Of a stretch of DNA of 64,000 nucleotides, positions 39,101 through 46,600 are shown in pieces (positions within the stretch are counted from its first letter, which is position 1; the number at the start of each line of letters is the position of its first letter). This stretch comes from Tubiluchus corallicola. Its lineage: Eukaryota > Animalia > Priapulida. Where the stretch lies: NCBI GenBank assembly GCA_030141605.1, contig JAQGDQ010002373.1:95921-159920 (forward strand), written 5' to 3'. The notes under the pieces are model-generated. The model worked only from the letters and a program-made list of their open reading frames with translations. It had not been told where the DNA came from and did no database searches. A program made the translations under genes and the position numbers.

Positions 39101-40049
39101 GCCGTTCAGTTTAAAGCCTGGTGCAATTAGTAAAGTCAATTTAAAGTCATGATAATTTCACACTTGGGGTGCTCATTTTGAATGAAAAATGACGTCATAT
39201 GGTTGCCGTTCAGTATAAACACCTATCCTGCCAGGTGCTTCAGCAAACTTTTTTGCAGCTGCATTTGCTGTTATATTACTTAGAAGCAGTCCAAAACATA
39301 AAACGAGAGATTAATAATACCATTTTTTTGCTGTTTGATGAATCTTTATTGCCCACTATATAATAAAATCAGTTACCCACGATAATAGTAGATATTAATA
39401 ATACCATTTTTTGCTATTTGATGAAAAGCGTGCTTTCCTGTTACTTACCAGCTTACATCATTTTTTGTGTTTGTCCTCAGCGAGGTTCGTTTGGCGGAAC
39501 ATAAAAAATTATTTTGCATTTTTAAGCAAGGCATCTTATGTGCATATATTGTGCGGTGAATTCAGTACTTCTCAGTGTATATTAAAATGCAATAAATTTT
39601 GTTAATTCAAGAACTGGTTTTCCTTTAACATCTGCCCCTACTGCTTTACCATAAATTGGTGAGATCACAAAATTTGACTTTAAGCATTTTTTTCTTTTTG
39701 TCTCCCAAGTCCCAATTCAGCTGTCCAGTATTTTAATGAACGATACTTCTCATTTAAATTAAATAAAAACAGATCTTAAATGCCAAAGCAGAGTAAATAC
39801 CACTTACAGAATTAGCTACTATAAAATGCCTGGCTGTGTTCACCATAAGCAATATAATAGCATCAATCGTATTAAAATTATTAATATTATCTCGACGAAA
39901 GTAATCTACGAGTCTTTCTAATTTCACTAAAAAAGTTATACGTATAAGTTACTATTATTTGCAACTAATTACAGGGCAGCCATTTGCAAGCTGTTGGCAA
40001 TGCAGTCAGCTTTGTCTTCTCCTATAAAGTCAACAAGCCAACAACATAA
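6556..40049 (+). CDS. RAD54B: DNA repair and recombination protein RAD54B-like SNF2 helicase, 3' portion (5' exons outside the window)
   Basis: Phase-consistent GT-AG exons: 6556-6667, 12721-12900, 13262-13366, 14183-14307, 33770-33928, 34409-34535, 34813-34985, 36725-36841, 37301-37501, 39975-40049 (TAA). Motifs: [104 protein letters not shown]. The tail ([23 protein letters not shown]) resembles RAD54B more than RAD54L. Confidence 0.92.
8670..9974 (-). pseudogene. Near-identical 1.3 kb duplicate of the zinc-finger gene's 3' end (last ~130 codons plus part of the 3' UTR)
   Basis: 8670-9974 matches 15517-16820. By eye I found only one extra A in an A-run and one substitution, both near 8905-8916. 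The ORF 9582-9944 matches the C-terminus of the 3936-aa protein. Confidence 0.93.
10730..10884. repeat. Compound (GA)n/(GGGA)n/(CA)n microsatellite
   Basis: Directly visible purine-rich and CA runs. Confidence 0.95.
15099..15197. repeat. (TA)n-(GA)n microsatellite
   Basis: Directly visible. Confidence 0.95.
15230..15235 (-). terminator. Candidate poly(A) signal of the zinc-finger gene
   Basis: AATAAA on the minus strand about 1.2 kb after the stop, just before the microsatellite. Position is an inference only. Confidence 0.35.
16428..28238 (-). CDS. Giant C2H2 zinc-finger protein with a single coding exon (3936 aa, ~110 fingers)
   Basis: Uninterrupted 11.8 kb ORF. It has an acidic, low-complexity N-terminus of about 430 aa, about 20 dispersed fingers, about 77 contiguous 28-aa C-x2-C-x12-H-x3-H repeats (24470-18021), about 13 further fingers and an acidic tail with [10 protein letters not shown] splice acceptor (ttcacAG at 28298-28297) and an in-frame TGA precede the ATG. 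Confidence 0.95.
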   Translation of the reverse strand: MNAYEMNEELQAAIEQLELEQIDLCGEQAGESSISELVYTNSIKNITSSVTDVGSVQQQQAGSQTRSAVTHATYQQQALSRINEFNVSLELMNTACVDSRDGLCALGTGTAVKDFVTLDEFQALQQNQMKESFSASGLLESLNNNEITNGTPEHLDNNENVFDTLQSEGYIETAIDSLGTLENNDVAVTIGSNALDINLLPFSQQDSDHSLSRQQHTTSQKVEINKQYELDLPIEDVTEQRLASDVTKQMCSDYGIDVKFSVENFTSMPVNNQDNDLNRDIDDSDSDSSDSDSNSDDFDNQDSIQNSVAPLNEKTSDSIINGSVFERNEAKVISGFPISLNSDNVEQLQVECKITNSPVNIEECQKYTIENSCKTILFKTDEQCECLDCGASLSNLLSSQEHLGLMTAVVKLCTCLQEGRKCLHYANEVSTSKLHVSELYSCHMCEITFHRLSALTNHMVMKHNDEDSTDNQSVAANYIQPPASLQKTHKCGICPASFSNVFNLQKHGRVVHSAIPKQYRCTKCTASFQALKNLTLHLRLHENEQQSFESQRIDKIATKTPTAGTDEASKPDQASKPDSIDKIPVNGIKKAGNTDEKSIKCRMCPAAFKHTASLKRHIQITHNKIKMYSCKLCPARFGVKSTVKKHMSDVHGGVPKKYKCQHCTASYRALKNLQRHMKLHIAKLQPVQEKKKNQYLCFLCSTRCSSADVLKEHIKTHSETKEPTADITTTPRKALLKIFKCNVCSVSFHSRLDRDVHLQTAHEKAKSTPEQQNSSLDSSICRVCKNSFNSKALLDQHMKQYKKLYECNACPAMFKVSTNRNKHVNNVHSGALKAFRCDVCGGGFHREYSLQSHMLLHNQAHKEQYKCDKCDFNCNSSEQLKTHIICKHSVTAQSPGIIIMDTPTVSLQKIKVEDSHAEAITIQESADMDFCEDMEHCCDICGKFFMKESELLVHEKVHMALKPYKCGICGLDFCDMSTLDIHQTSHTNKSYEAYTKMVAETSNSSCYVDFQNIGMRELHSSGNENLSNERKVPFGKKRERVYECDTCKKVFKDGGTLKVHKRIHTNERPYICHICQATFRQHHHLVRHVASHSDDKPFSCDVCGKRFKLSEYLTTHKAVHSQAKKFKCGVCGKDFRLYSDLRAHQKVHASKNAKTDGMFDNKLAFDSHDTSHSRLKPHKCPVCKNGFKVVRHMKIHLWSHSKNNMHYCLTCGKKFQSQVGLAVHKRIHIVKKELEEVVNASTNLTQYVTSTSKGKQYQCPVCEVKFAQSTYLSVHLRVHTGEKPYKCEVCNSRFRQRAHLKCHMFTHTDHKPFSCKICAASFKQLSALKKHGLVHTDLKPYKCDSCSAEFAQSTDLLNHIMVHNENRPYTCQTCFATFKTESFFNSHIKVHTHLKPHVCDECGKDFRIAANLTVHKRTHSNEKPYQCQICSKRFKQTGHLKVHLSIHADSKPYKCDSCGASFRQPGNLKSHQTVHTDERPHVCDICQSAFKTFSYLQSHKRIHTDLRPYSCTCGKTFKTPDGLKAHEKTHTDEKPYECRHCHARFKQQPHLKTHLLTHSTHKPYCCDTCDARFKQSSHLKVHMAVHSDVRPFPCHICGAAFKTSTSLSSHKRIHTDLKPYVCDVCNRAFKFSEGLKSHKKTHSADKPFSCDQCGACFKLAGYLKSHMLVHTEIRPYCCSTCGATFKTASYLHNHSKIHTDIRPHICHICGKGFKMSSNLRAHARTHSNEKPYSCDQCSAQFKQIAHLKMHVRTHSDLKPYKCDSCESRFRQSAHLKVHMAVHTESRPFACEICGAAFKTQSSLNSHKKIHTDIKPHSCDVCGKSFKFAVGLKTHRRIHTNERPFSCDTCHASFRQAGNLKSHMAVHTDVRPYACPTCQAAFKTSYYLQNHIRIHTTARPFQCDVCEKSFKFKEGLQSHKKTHTNERPFECDTCHARFKQAAYLRSHMLVHSDERNHFCDICGSAFKTAVYLANHRRIHTDMRPYKCDICYKDFKLPDGLKAHKKTHSDEKPYSCNICGAKFRQTAHVKAHMLTHSDAKPYKCDTCDACFKQSAHLKSHLAVHSEERKYSCDICYSAFKTSTALNSHKRIHTDIKPYICATCGNAFKTPDGLKSHQISHMDERPFECDTCHAKFKQSTNLKYHMVVHSEERNYTCDICDSAFKTMAYLTTHKRIHTELRPYICECGKDFKTPDGLKLHKRTHTGEKPYFCSLCGMRFRQSGHLKCHMQTIHSDSKPFKCDTCDACFKQSANLRSHMAVHSDIRPYPCPICEATFKTSTSLSSHKRIHSDIKPHICDVCEKAFKTSEGLKSHKHSHTDARPFECDTCHAKFKQAGNLKSHMVVHTEERPWTCDVCEASFKTQAYLHSHKRIHTDIRPYICECGKDFKTPDALKLHKRTHSDEKPYACEICHSTFKQLAHVRVHMATHSDLKPYKCDTCSASFKLAAYLKTHMIVHTEERPWICDVCQAAFKTSSYLSSHKKIHTDLRPYICDQCGKDFKLPDALKLHKRTHSNLRPFSCDVCGQKFRQTAHVKAHMLTHSDSKPFKCDTCDACFKQSGNLKSHMTVHSDVRAYCCPICGTAFKTTTSLNSHKRVHSDIKPHICSTCGKAFKTREGLKSHKYTHTDERPFACDTCSMSFKQSSNLKSHMIVHTDVRPHVCDICQAAFKTVSYLTSHKRIHTDLRPYNCEICGKDFKLPDGLKLHKRIHTNEKPFSCDTCQAAFKQSAHLKVHMTVHTDERNHICDICESAFKTASYLAIHKKTHSDVRPHICDICGKGFKFTDGLKAHKKTHTSEKPYQCEICFRRFRQGGHLKIHLLTHSDSKPFKCDTCDACFKQSGHLKVHMSVHSDERPFPCAVCGAAFKTSTSLSTHKRIHTDLRPYSCDLCDKAFKFSTGLRAHKKTHTGEKPYSCKICGARFRQIGHVKVHMTTHSDLKPYSCDTCNASFKLASYLRSHMVVHSEERKWTCDVCQASFKTNTYLNSHKKIHTDLRPHICDICSKDFKLPEALRLHKRTHTDIRPYSCELCNAKFRQTGHLKCHMQTRHSDLKPFKCDTCSACFKQPANLRTHMLVHTDERPHQCQICGAAFKTTTALNSHKQVHSDVRPFICARCGKSFKTRNGLKSHKITHTDSKPFECDTCSACFRQSAHLKVHMTVHSDYRGYPCTVCGAAFKTGTSLKSHSRIHTDIKPFICDVCNRAFKSKDGLKHHKITHSNERPFACLQCSAKFKQATYLKNHQLVHSDVKPFQCQVCSAAFKLPAYLRSHMMIHGDLKPYQCQICNKQFRHWSTLKIHTRTHTNERPYECETCHKMFSQNGHLKLHMMIHSGEKPYSCTVCNRRFRQHRHLLTHKVKHVTDRPYQCNSCQSAFKTHTSLQSHKRIHTGEKPYECTTCCTSFRQLSHLRRHQQCHRNPASRLKPFKCTSCPKAFRKATHLRAHEIVHTDSKPFKCPICDAEFRHGRSRKTHMKCHQPTLMHQCDVCLQSFSEEEELRSHSESHVQESAYTCEQCGEKFKRASLLSAHTALHEREKLSADGYIEFDRPYPCSQCSAQYESKQGLAKHMLVRHATLEDLRCNLCHNTFTSLQLLREHMRTHKEKEHMCNVCNNTYTSKHLLRIHMKIHKHTSKEHVCNVCGKVFKNASSLCHHREIHVEGRPHVCTKCNASFKTKKTLWAHSRIHTREKVFSCNKCGEKFSVKEQLLQHKQSAHSVGKTKKCSTASKNYDCEQCAASFKFLTLLKQHKEAHKTAICDKTQLVKGTASKPRKTHKCPECNKLFTHSWNLKNHLYSHRAKPVYKCNLCPSTFSREAHLVRHIACHKGKELSVSVKVQRIPHLQEQRNMSQTVNDAPIPTPEFNYLHNTNEIVLDKIPIKQEPLDYSLVEDDTSSPVHEEGSNVDDANFCIEECNIEEFYLSPYLGESNKETVGEGCSAITIKKEMSHFL
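29997..30088. repeat. Two imperfect copies of a ~45-bp tandem repeat
   Basis: cacaa..ggtattaaataagcca.ggctgagt.ctgg.gtgccaca occurs twice in tandem. Confidence 0.75.
30517..31038. mobile_element. TAGGGTTGC-type (hAT-like) MITE(s) including a fold-back hairpin
   Basis: Starts tagggttgctggacgtccc. An inverted repeat of ~47-bp arms lies at 30917-30963 (ggttgccagattagaaaattagaaatatgggacacttataatctctt) and 30988-31036. Confidence 0.65.
31406..31624 (-). mobile_element. hAT transposase C-terminal dimerisation-domain fragment (ZMYM1/Tip100-like)
   Basis: [33 protein letters not shown]...[16 protein letters not shown] matches the hAT dimerisation consensus. There is no upstream transposase ORF. Confidence 0.85.
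31883..32250 (-). promoter_or_regulatory. Candidate promoter and non-coding first exon of the zinc-finger gene
   Basis: Locally CpG-richer. Contains an NRF1-type palindrome GCGCATGCGC (~32183) and a minus-strand donor CGG|GTAAG at 31883 that could join the acceptor at 28296. The linkage is inferred. Confidence 0.4.
32400..33020. mobile_element. Decayed CR1/L2-group LINE fragments
   Basis: Plus strand ~32858-33000 reads HDYNSRF...RFNTNL...[13 protein letters not shown] (L2/Crack ORF2 C-terminal 'H.Y.TR...LWN.LP'). Minus strand ~32620 reads [19 protein letters not shown] (cf. 'N.FN.YF..IGP.LA..IP'). Confidence 0.55.
33939..34164. mobile_element. MITE with terminal inverted repeats (PIF/Harbinger-like ends)
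   Basis: ggcacgttcagacgtagagactaatctcgca pairs with tgcgggagaagtctcgacgtctgaatatgcc, with internal GCAACTT/AAGTTGC repeats. The TSD is not clean. Confidence 0.6.
36368..36637. mobile_element. Degenerate hAT-like MITE
   Basis: Imperfect TIRs cagaggcatctc / gagatggttctg, with GC-rich subterminal gggccc motifs. Confidence 0.4.
38913..39624. mobile_element. Kolobok-like non-autonomous element with TTAA target duplication
   Basis: TTAA|AGGAAAAATCAG ... CTGGTTTTCCT|TTAA. It contains an internal tandem duplication with a 104-bp period (39012-39219). Confidence 0.6.
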
Positions 40050-43000
40050 TTAGTCCACACCGATTCACAGCATGTGGCAAATGAGGTTCTGTGCACCATG
40101 ATTCTATGTACACGATATATAGTAGCAACAGATGTGCTTAAGATGTGGACTGAAACAATATTTTCAATTGTAAGTATGTCTGAACCTCATAATTTAACAT
40201 ATGTTTGAACCTCATACCTCCAGCCGATTGAATAACTGAATGGAGTAGTTGTACATACGTGTATCAACATGCTGAAAAATGTTACAGACAGTTGTCTATT
40301 TACTCATACTTGTTTATTGTATATCTCTGCAGTAAACTATTGTACTGTTTAAGAATGACTTACAAACTAATCAACTTCAAGTCTTTCTTTCATATACTTA
40401 AAATATCTATATTTTTTCTACAAGTTAATTATCACTTTATGTACTATCTAATAATCATTACTTGTCCATTGCAATGCTAATTTTTAATGCATTTCCAATG
40501 AAAAAAACAGCCAAAATAAAACTGCAATAACTCATTTATCTAGTGTGTTCAGTGAATTCATTTCTGGAATGCCAAAACGTGCTTACAAGTAAAATCTTAA
40601 TGAAAGCACAAATCTTTGTGATTTTATGTTGGAATGGTCATCAAATCAACAAATCAAAACAAATAATAATAACAAAGCATAAAACATAACAACACTGATT
40701 ACCCGTTATGAACAAATTTACGAGAACTGGCCATAGCCCAACAAACAAATCAAATATATTTCAATCACAGATTATTCAGATGAAATGAATAACCATTAAA
40801 AATTATAACTAACGAGTCTCATCACATTAGCACATGATAAATGCAAATCTATGAACTTTAAACGTATCAATAACTATCCCTTGCTAAAAAAAGTTCTGTG
40901 CATTTACTATAATGAAAATCTAACAGTACTATCTACAATTACTGACTATTCCACAATGTAGAATTTCTAACTGTATCAACAATATAATTAATGCAAAACT
41001 GCACACCAATAAACTTGAAACACGAAAATGTATATTGCACATCACCTGCTAAACAACTAAATTATATAACAATGAAAATTTGACAAGGTTATCCATGACT
41101 TCATGATTATTGCCACATAGTGAAAAATTTCTAATTGCTAACAACATACATGTAATGCAAAATCAAGATTATAAACACCAACTATTTATACACAGTTATT
41201 ACTTTTAATTACAAACAACATCAATACAATTAGTAGGCAACTTAGGATAATTTAACACTTAATCACATAATAATTTTAATAACATCTAAACAAAAAAAAC
41301 TCGTATTAAAACGACTATGACTAGATCAATAAACTAAATTAAATCATTTATTTTTTTTTTCACGTATGATTAGTGATGTTAACAGTTGTTATTAATTCAT
41401 CAGTCCACAGACAGTAAATTATCATAGTAATACATTCATGCCAATAAAATATGATACTGAAAATGACAGACATTATAAGCATAGTTTATAATACCTACCA
41501 AACAGTCAAATCACAAATTAAACAAAATGAATGCTAGGAATTTAGGAATAATAGTAAATGTAAAGTAATGAAAAACTGAGGCCAATAAAAGTAATAATTC
41601 ATTACATATATGTCTAAGCATACTCGTTGTTAAAGATACCTTATAGAAAGGCTCCATGAATGATGTTTAAAACCAGTCTGAATAATTACTAGTATGTCAA
41701 ATTGTGATTATACATCAAATTCTGAAGGCTATGACATACTTAAAACTAAAAAAATGAAAAACCATGTTAGTATGTTCACAAACACACATAAGTAACTTAT
41801 CTGCTGTTTAATCGAAAATGAGTTGAGCTTGAAAGAGAATAAAGAGTTTTTGAAAATGTGTGCAATTTATACATGCTCGACAAAAAAAATTCTCAGCGTA
41901 ATTACAGATGGCTACAAAAACAATACACTAAATGATTCACAAATTCTCGCAACTAATTGTGCAAATTAAAGTTCAGCCAATCACTTATTGCTCAAGCTAT
42001 AGTATTGAGATAAATGTTGGCTGGGCATACAATATATGGAATGGAATACTTGGCAAACTTTAGCTATTACAAATGCTGCGAAAAATAGAGAAAATAAAGT
42101 GCAATAGCAACACTAGCATCAATTGTCAGGGCCAATTAAGCATTTGCAATCATAATACAGTCAAAAGTAAAAAAAGAAAACTTGCAAAAATGTATAATAT
42201 CACTAAGCAAAAATAAATTTAGGAATACCAAGCAAAAGCTTCTAAATGAAATCATAAACCAAAAGAACAAAAGTGTTTTACCTCTGCATAATGGCAAGGT
42301 GACTAGGCCAAACGTAATTTTATAATAATTATGACTTAAACAACTTTTCAGCCTTAACACGTAACAATATACTCAGACATTAGTAATCACAAACAAATTA
42401 TAACTTAATAAATCATAATGGACACATGTATCACTAAAACACCTAAATGCACAAAATAGACTACTAACGAGGGCAAGAATTTGGCATTGCTGCAAGAACT
42501 GCATTAACTCTTTGGCTTTTGTGACTAACAAAATCACTATAAAATTAAAAAATAACACCTAATAATACATCTCTAATGACAATTACAACCAGTGTGCTAC
42601 AGACTAACAAATACAACATTAACAATGGCAAAGTAACCACCTATAGTACCTACAATGCTTCTAGAATAAATTACATGACCTCAGTGAGGTAAATATTTAA
42701 AATTATATGAACAAATTACTGACTACCATTATTGTTGCATAGTATTCAATATGCACTGGTTGAACAAAAAGCTTTTGTGCAACAGCAATTACATTCACAT
42801 CTTGTCTTACTGCCAACCTTATCAATACACCACAACTTTTCTGGGTGCATAATCAATGAACTAATAGCAAGTAAGCTTAGACTGTACTTTAACAATTAAC
42901 AAAGTTATAAGCAAATGCACTTAAAACATAAAATATTAAATATAACAAAATCAGCATCAAGTTAAATAATATTGCTTAAAACGATCTGCAAGTAGTTATG

Positions 43001-43229
43001 CAGTTGGAAAGCCTCAAAGCTATCACTCCAAGTAATATAACATCTAAAAATTAAGTATAGTAATTCCTCATGTTGTAAAACAAGTTTATTTTGCTAAAAT
43101 AACCTTAAATAATGCTATAATCATGCTTTTATATTGCACATTGTATCTAATATAATGTCAACCATTTTCCATCTTAAAGGAAAGACTGAAGATGTTTTAC
43201 CTATTGTTTTGCCGCTCATCTTGCACTTA

Positions 43230-43509
43230 CAGTAGAATCTCAATTACTCGAACACTTATTAACCAAACGAACGAGTTCGTGTTTTATTTGTAGCACGTTT
43301 TATACCTTGTGTTTAAATACATGGTCAAGCACTGCTTTTCGAAGTTTTTGACCCTTAAAACCTGAATACTTCAAACATTCATCATTTCCAATTAACCCTA
43401 CATACAATGCAACAAATAAATGTAGTGTGATTTATAACTATGGCAAATTAGCCAAGAATCAGTTATTTGCCATAATTGACTATCAGTCTGGTTAACTGAG
43501 ACTTTACTG
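43230..43509. mobile_element. pogo/Tigger-like MITE
   Basis: TA|CAGTAGAATCTCAATTA ... TAACTGAGACTTTACTG|TA. Confidence 0.65.
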
Positions 43510-43681
43510 TAATAACTTTGTCACGCTACTGCCCTGTATGTATACAACCATACCACAGTGACACTTGCCATAAAGACAAGCAATGGTCTTTGGTTAATGC
43601 AAAAATTCATATCCTTTGCAAATCTTTATACCTGTTACTCGAAGCCTGAAAGTGTCTGGAAGACTCGACAATGAACAGACT

Positions 43682-46600
43682 TTACAAGCGATCATCAGGC
43701 GAAAGAACATCAACCTTATACCATAGTGTTTTGTTCTTTGTCCAACTGTACGAATTGTCGAATAACGTGACATCTAAAAACAATACAATAAACTCCGCTA
43801 AGAAATTTTACAAGTGTGGCTTGCTGCACGAAACAGAATACCTGCAATATTCATTTGCTGTAAAGTACTATAACAATATGCTTCCAATTGTTCTTCAGCA
43901 TTTTAAACAAAAAAACAGCTTTCTTCCATATCTGGAAAGTCGCATACAGCAACAGTTAGAGCAATCTAATCATCGATTGCGCAAATAGCTTAATTATATA
44001 TCAATTTTTAATGCATAATTGTCAAATAACTGATGAAAAAAAATCAGTCTGAAAAAATTCACTCTGTTCATGCCTTGTAACTTTTATGTTAAATTACTGT
44101 CTGTAAAGAGCTTACTCTTTGAAATTTAATTAGATCATTTTGTAGTCTAAGCTCCAGACGAGGACTAGACTACCATTGAAATAATTTTCTGAAATACCAG
44201 ATCTACTAACATCCCCTACAGGGTTGAACGACCTTGTCATTAGGGGTGAGCATTCTCTGCCAGAAAGCAAATTCGAATCGAAACGAGCTTCAGTATTTCA
44301 AATTCAAATTCAAATTGAAAGATTTTCAAACAAGTTTTCGAATCACCAGTAAAATAGTCTTACAAGGATCATACATATTACTCGATTTTGTTCTGCAGTA
44401 AAACCACTAATAATTTGTTTGAAATTGTGCACAGAAATCACAGCTAAATTATGCTAATTGCATGATGTTTCGATCATTTTAATGATAAAAAATGTATGTG
44501 ATTGAAGTGATGAATATTCGAATCTATAGAATCGAATTTGAAAAAACACTAATAATTTGTTTAAAATTGTGCACAGAAATCACAGCTGAATTATGCTAAT
44601 TGCATGATGTTTCAATCACTTTAATGATAAAGAATGTATGTGATTGAAGTGCTGAATATTGGAATCTATAGTTTTACATTCGAATCGAATTCAAACTAAA
44701 AAAACTCGTTCGAATTTGATTTGAATGTTCAAACTCGAACATTCGATGCTCACTCCTACTTGTCACTGCATAGATAAGCATCTCTGTCCTCTGTTCTTCT
44801 GTTCTATAAATAACATTAAAGATGCTTTTCAACTAACTAGAAGAACTATGTGACAAGCACTAACTCATCCAGAAACTGGCTAACAATAGTGTTTGCTAAA
44901 AAAACTAAGATGGGCTGCACAAATGCATAATCATATACTTACATATGCCTGGAACTTCTGCAATGAAACTTCCTGTCTCTGGCACTAGATGGCAGTTACA
45001 CCGCTGCAAGCTTCGCACATTCGTTAAATCAGACGGTTTGAGTTTTTCAATGGGAGTGCCATCCGTTTTCAGGTACAAGCCAAAGCCAATGTCATTTTCG
45101 TCTGTGATGAACTCCCACCTGCAAACAAACCAAAATTAACTTGTAGTAGGAAACAAAGACGTTTATAAATGGCCAATACCCATGAAGAACGATGGCTCAA
45201 CCAAAGCTACTTTACAGTGCTTATTTTAGACATCGACAGTTTTAATTATTGCAAACAGATCAGTGTGACAGCATTATAAAAAAATCTATAAGGTTGCCTG
45301 CTTTTTGTTAATACAGATATACTAGTGATAAGCAAAGCTGGTGAGACATCAAAACAAGATCTATCTGTGCATCTCTTTTAAAGAAAATGACTTGGTCCAC
45401 TAGAAGCGTTAACCTAAACAATTATAACAAATCAGTTATACTAAATATTTAAAACACAGAAAACCCACCAAATGTTTAACATTTGCAGTTATAATGTTTT
45501 CTGATTAGGGCTGCTTAGAGACAATTAGCAACTACCTAGCCATACCTTTCAGGATCAGGTTATGGATTATCAGTTGCAGATTTAGAGGATGGGTCTAAGA
45601 AACCTGCTCCCCTTTCACAGTAGCACTTACAACACATCAAATAAATATTTTCTCTGGATTATAAGCATTAGAACGATTTGCTAAATCCTAGCAGTGGCTT
45701 TACTAAAATTTAATACCTATAAAAATCCTATATCACAAGAGTTCTACTTTTCAAAACACATGAAATTTAAGTACACCATGTACACTGTATACCACTATAT
45801 TGCTGAATATTACAATGCTTCCCCAGACCCATTAACTGCCTTTTGTTGGGCCCACCATTTTTCAAAAGCCAGTATCCGCCCTTGATTATAAACTTACCTA
45901 CATGTCAGGACAAAATATAAAATATTATTAGTCAAACAGTACAACACTGTTATATTTTTGCAGACAAAATTTTCTCAGAATACTTCTCCAAGCAATTTAA
46001 CTTAATTTGGGTACAAAAATGCATATATTTGAGAGTTTTTGTTTGCAGACATAACATGACATAGAGAAATGTGGAAATATAGGACTAGAACAGATTGCTA
46101 ATTGGTAGAAAGAAAAGACCACTTTACTCTGCAGAAATTTTGTCACTATGGCTGATAATATGCATAAATTCTTTAAATAATGGGAAGGATGAGTATAAAA
46201 ATCTACAATGACACCTTCCTTATTTCGGACATTCTTTTTGTCAACAGGGCTCTTTCAATTTTATTTGAAAACACGATTTGCTGTTTTACTAGAAAATCAG
46301 AAATCTACTTAAAGTCCGTCATTCATTACCTGATTATGGACCCTGCCTTTCCTACATGATGTTCAACATAAAAATTTGCCCTCTTGTTCACAACAGCCAT
46401 GTCCATCTTAGTCTTATCTATAGCTTCTTTGTTGTTTTGAAGGTAATAGCTTTTTGGGATTTCCCCTCCATAACAAATCTGAAATATTGCAAAAGAAACA
46501 CCACAATTAATAAGGCACTTAGTGTATATGAAAAATTAATTGAAAAGTATACAAATTATTAAGTAAAACAAACCTTGCAGTTGAAATGATTTAACTGTTT

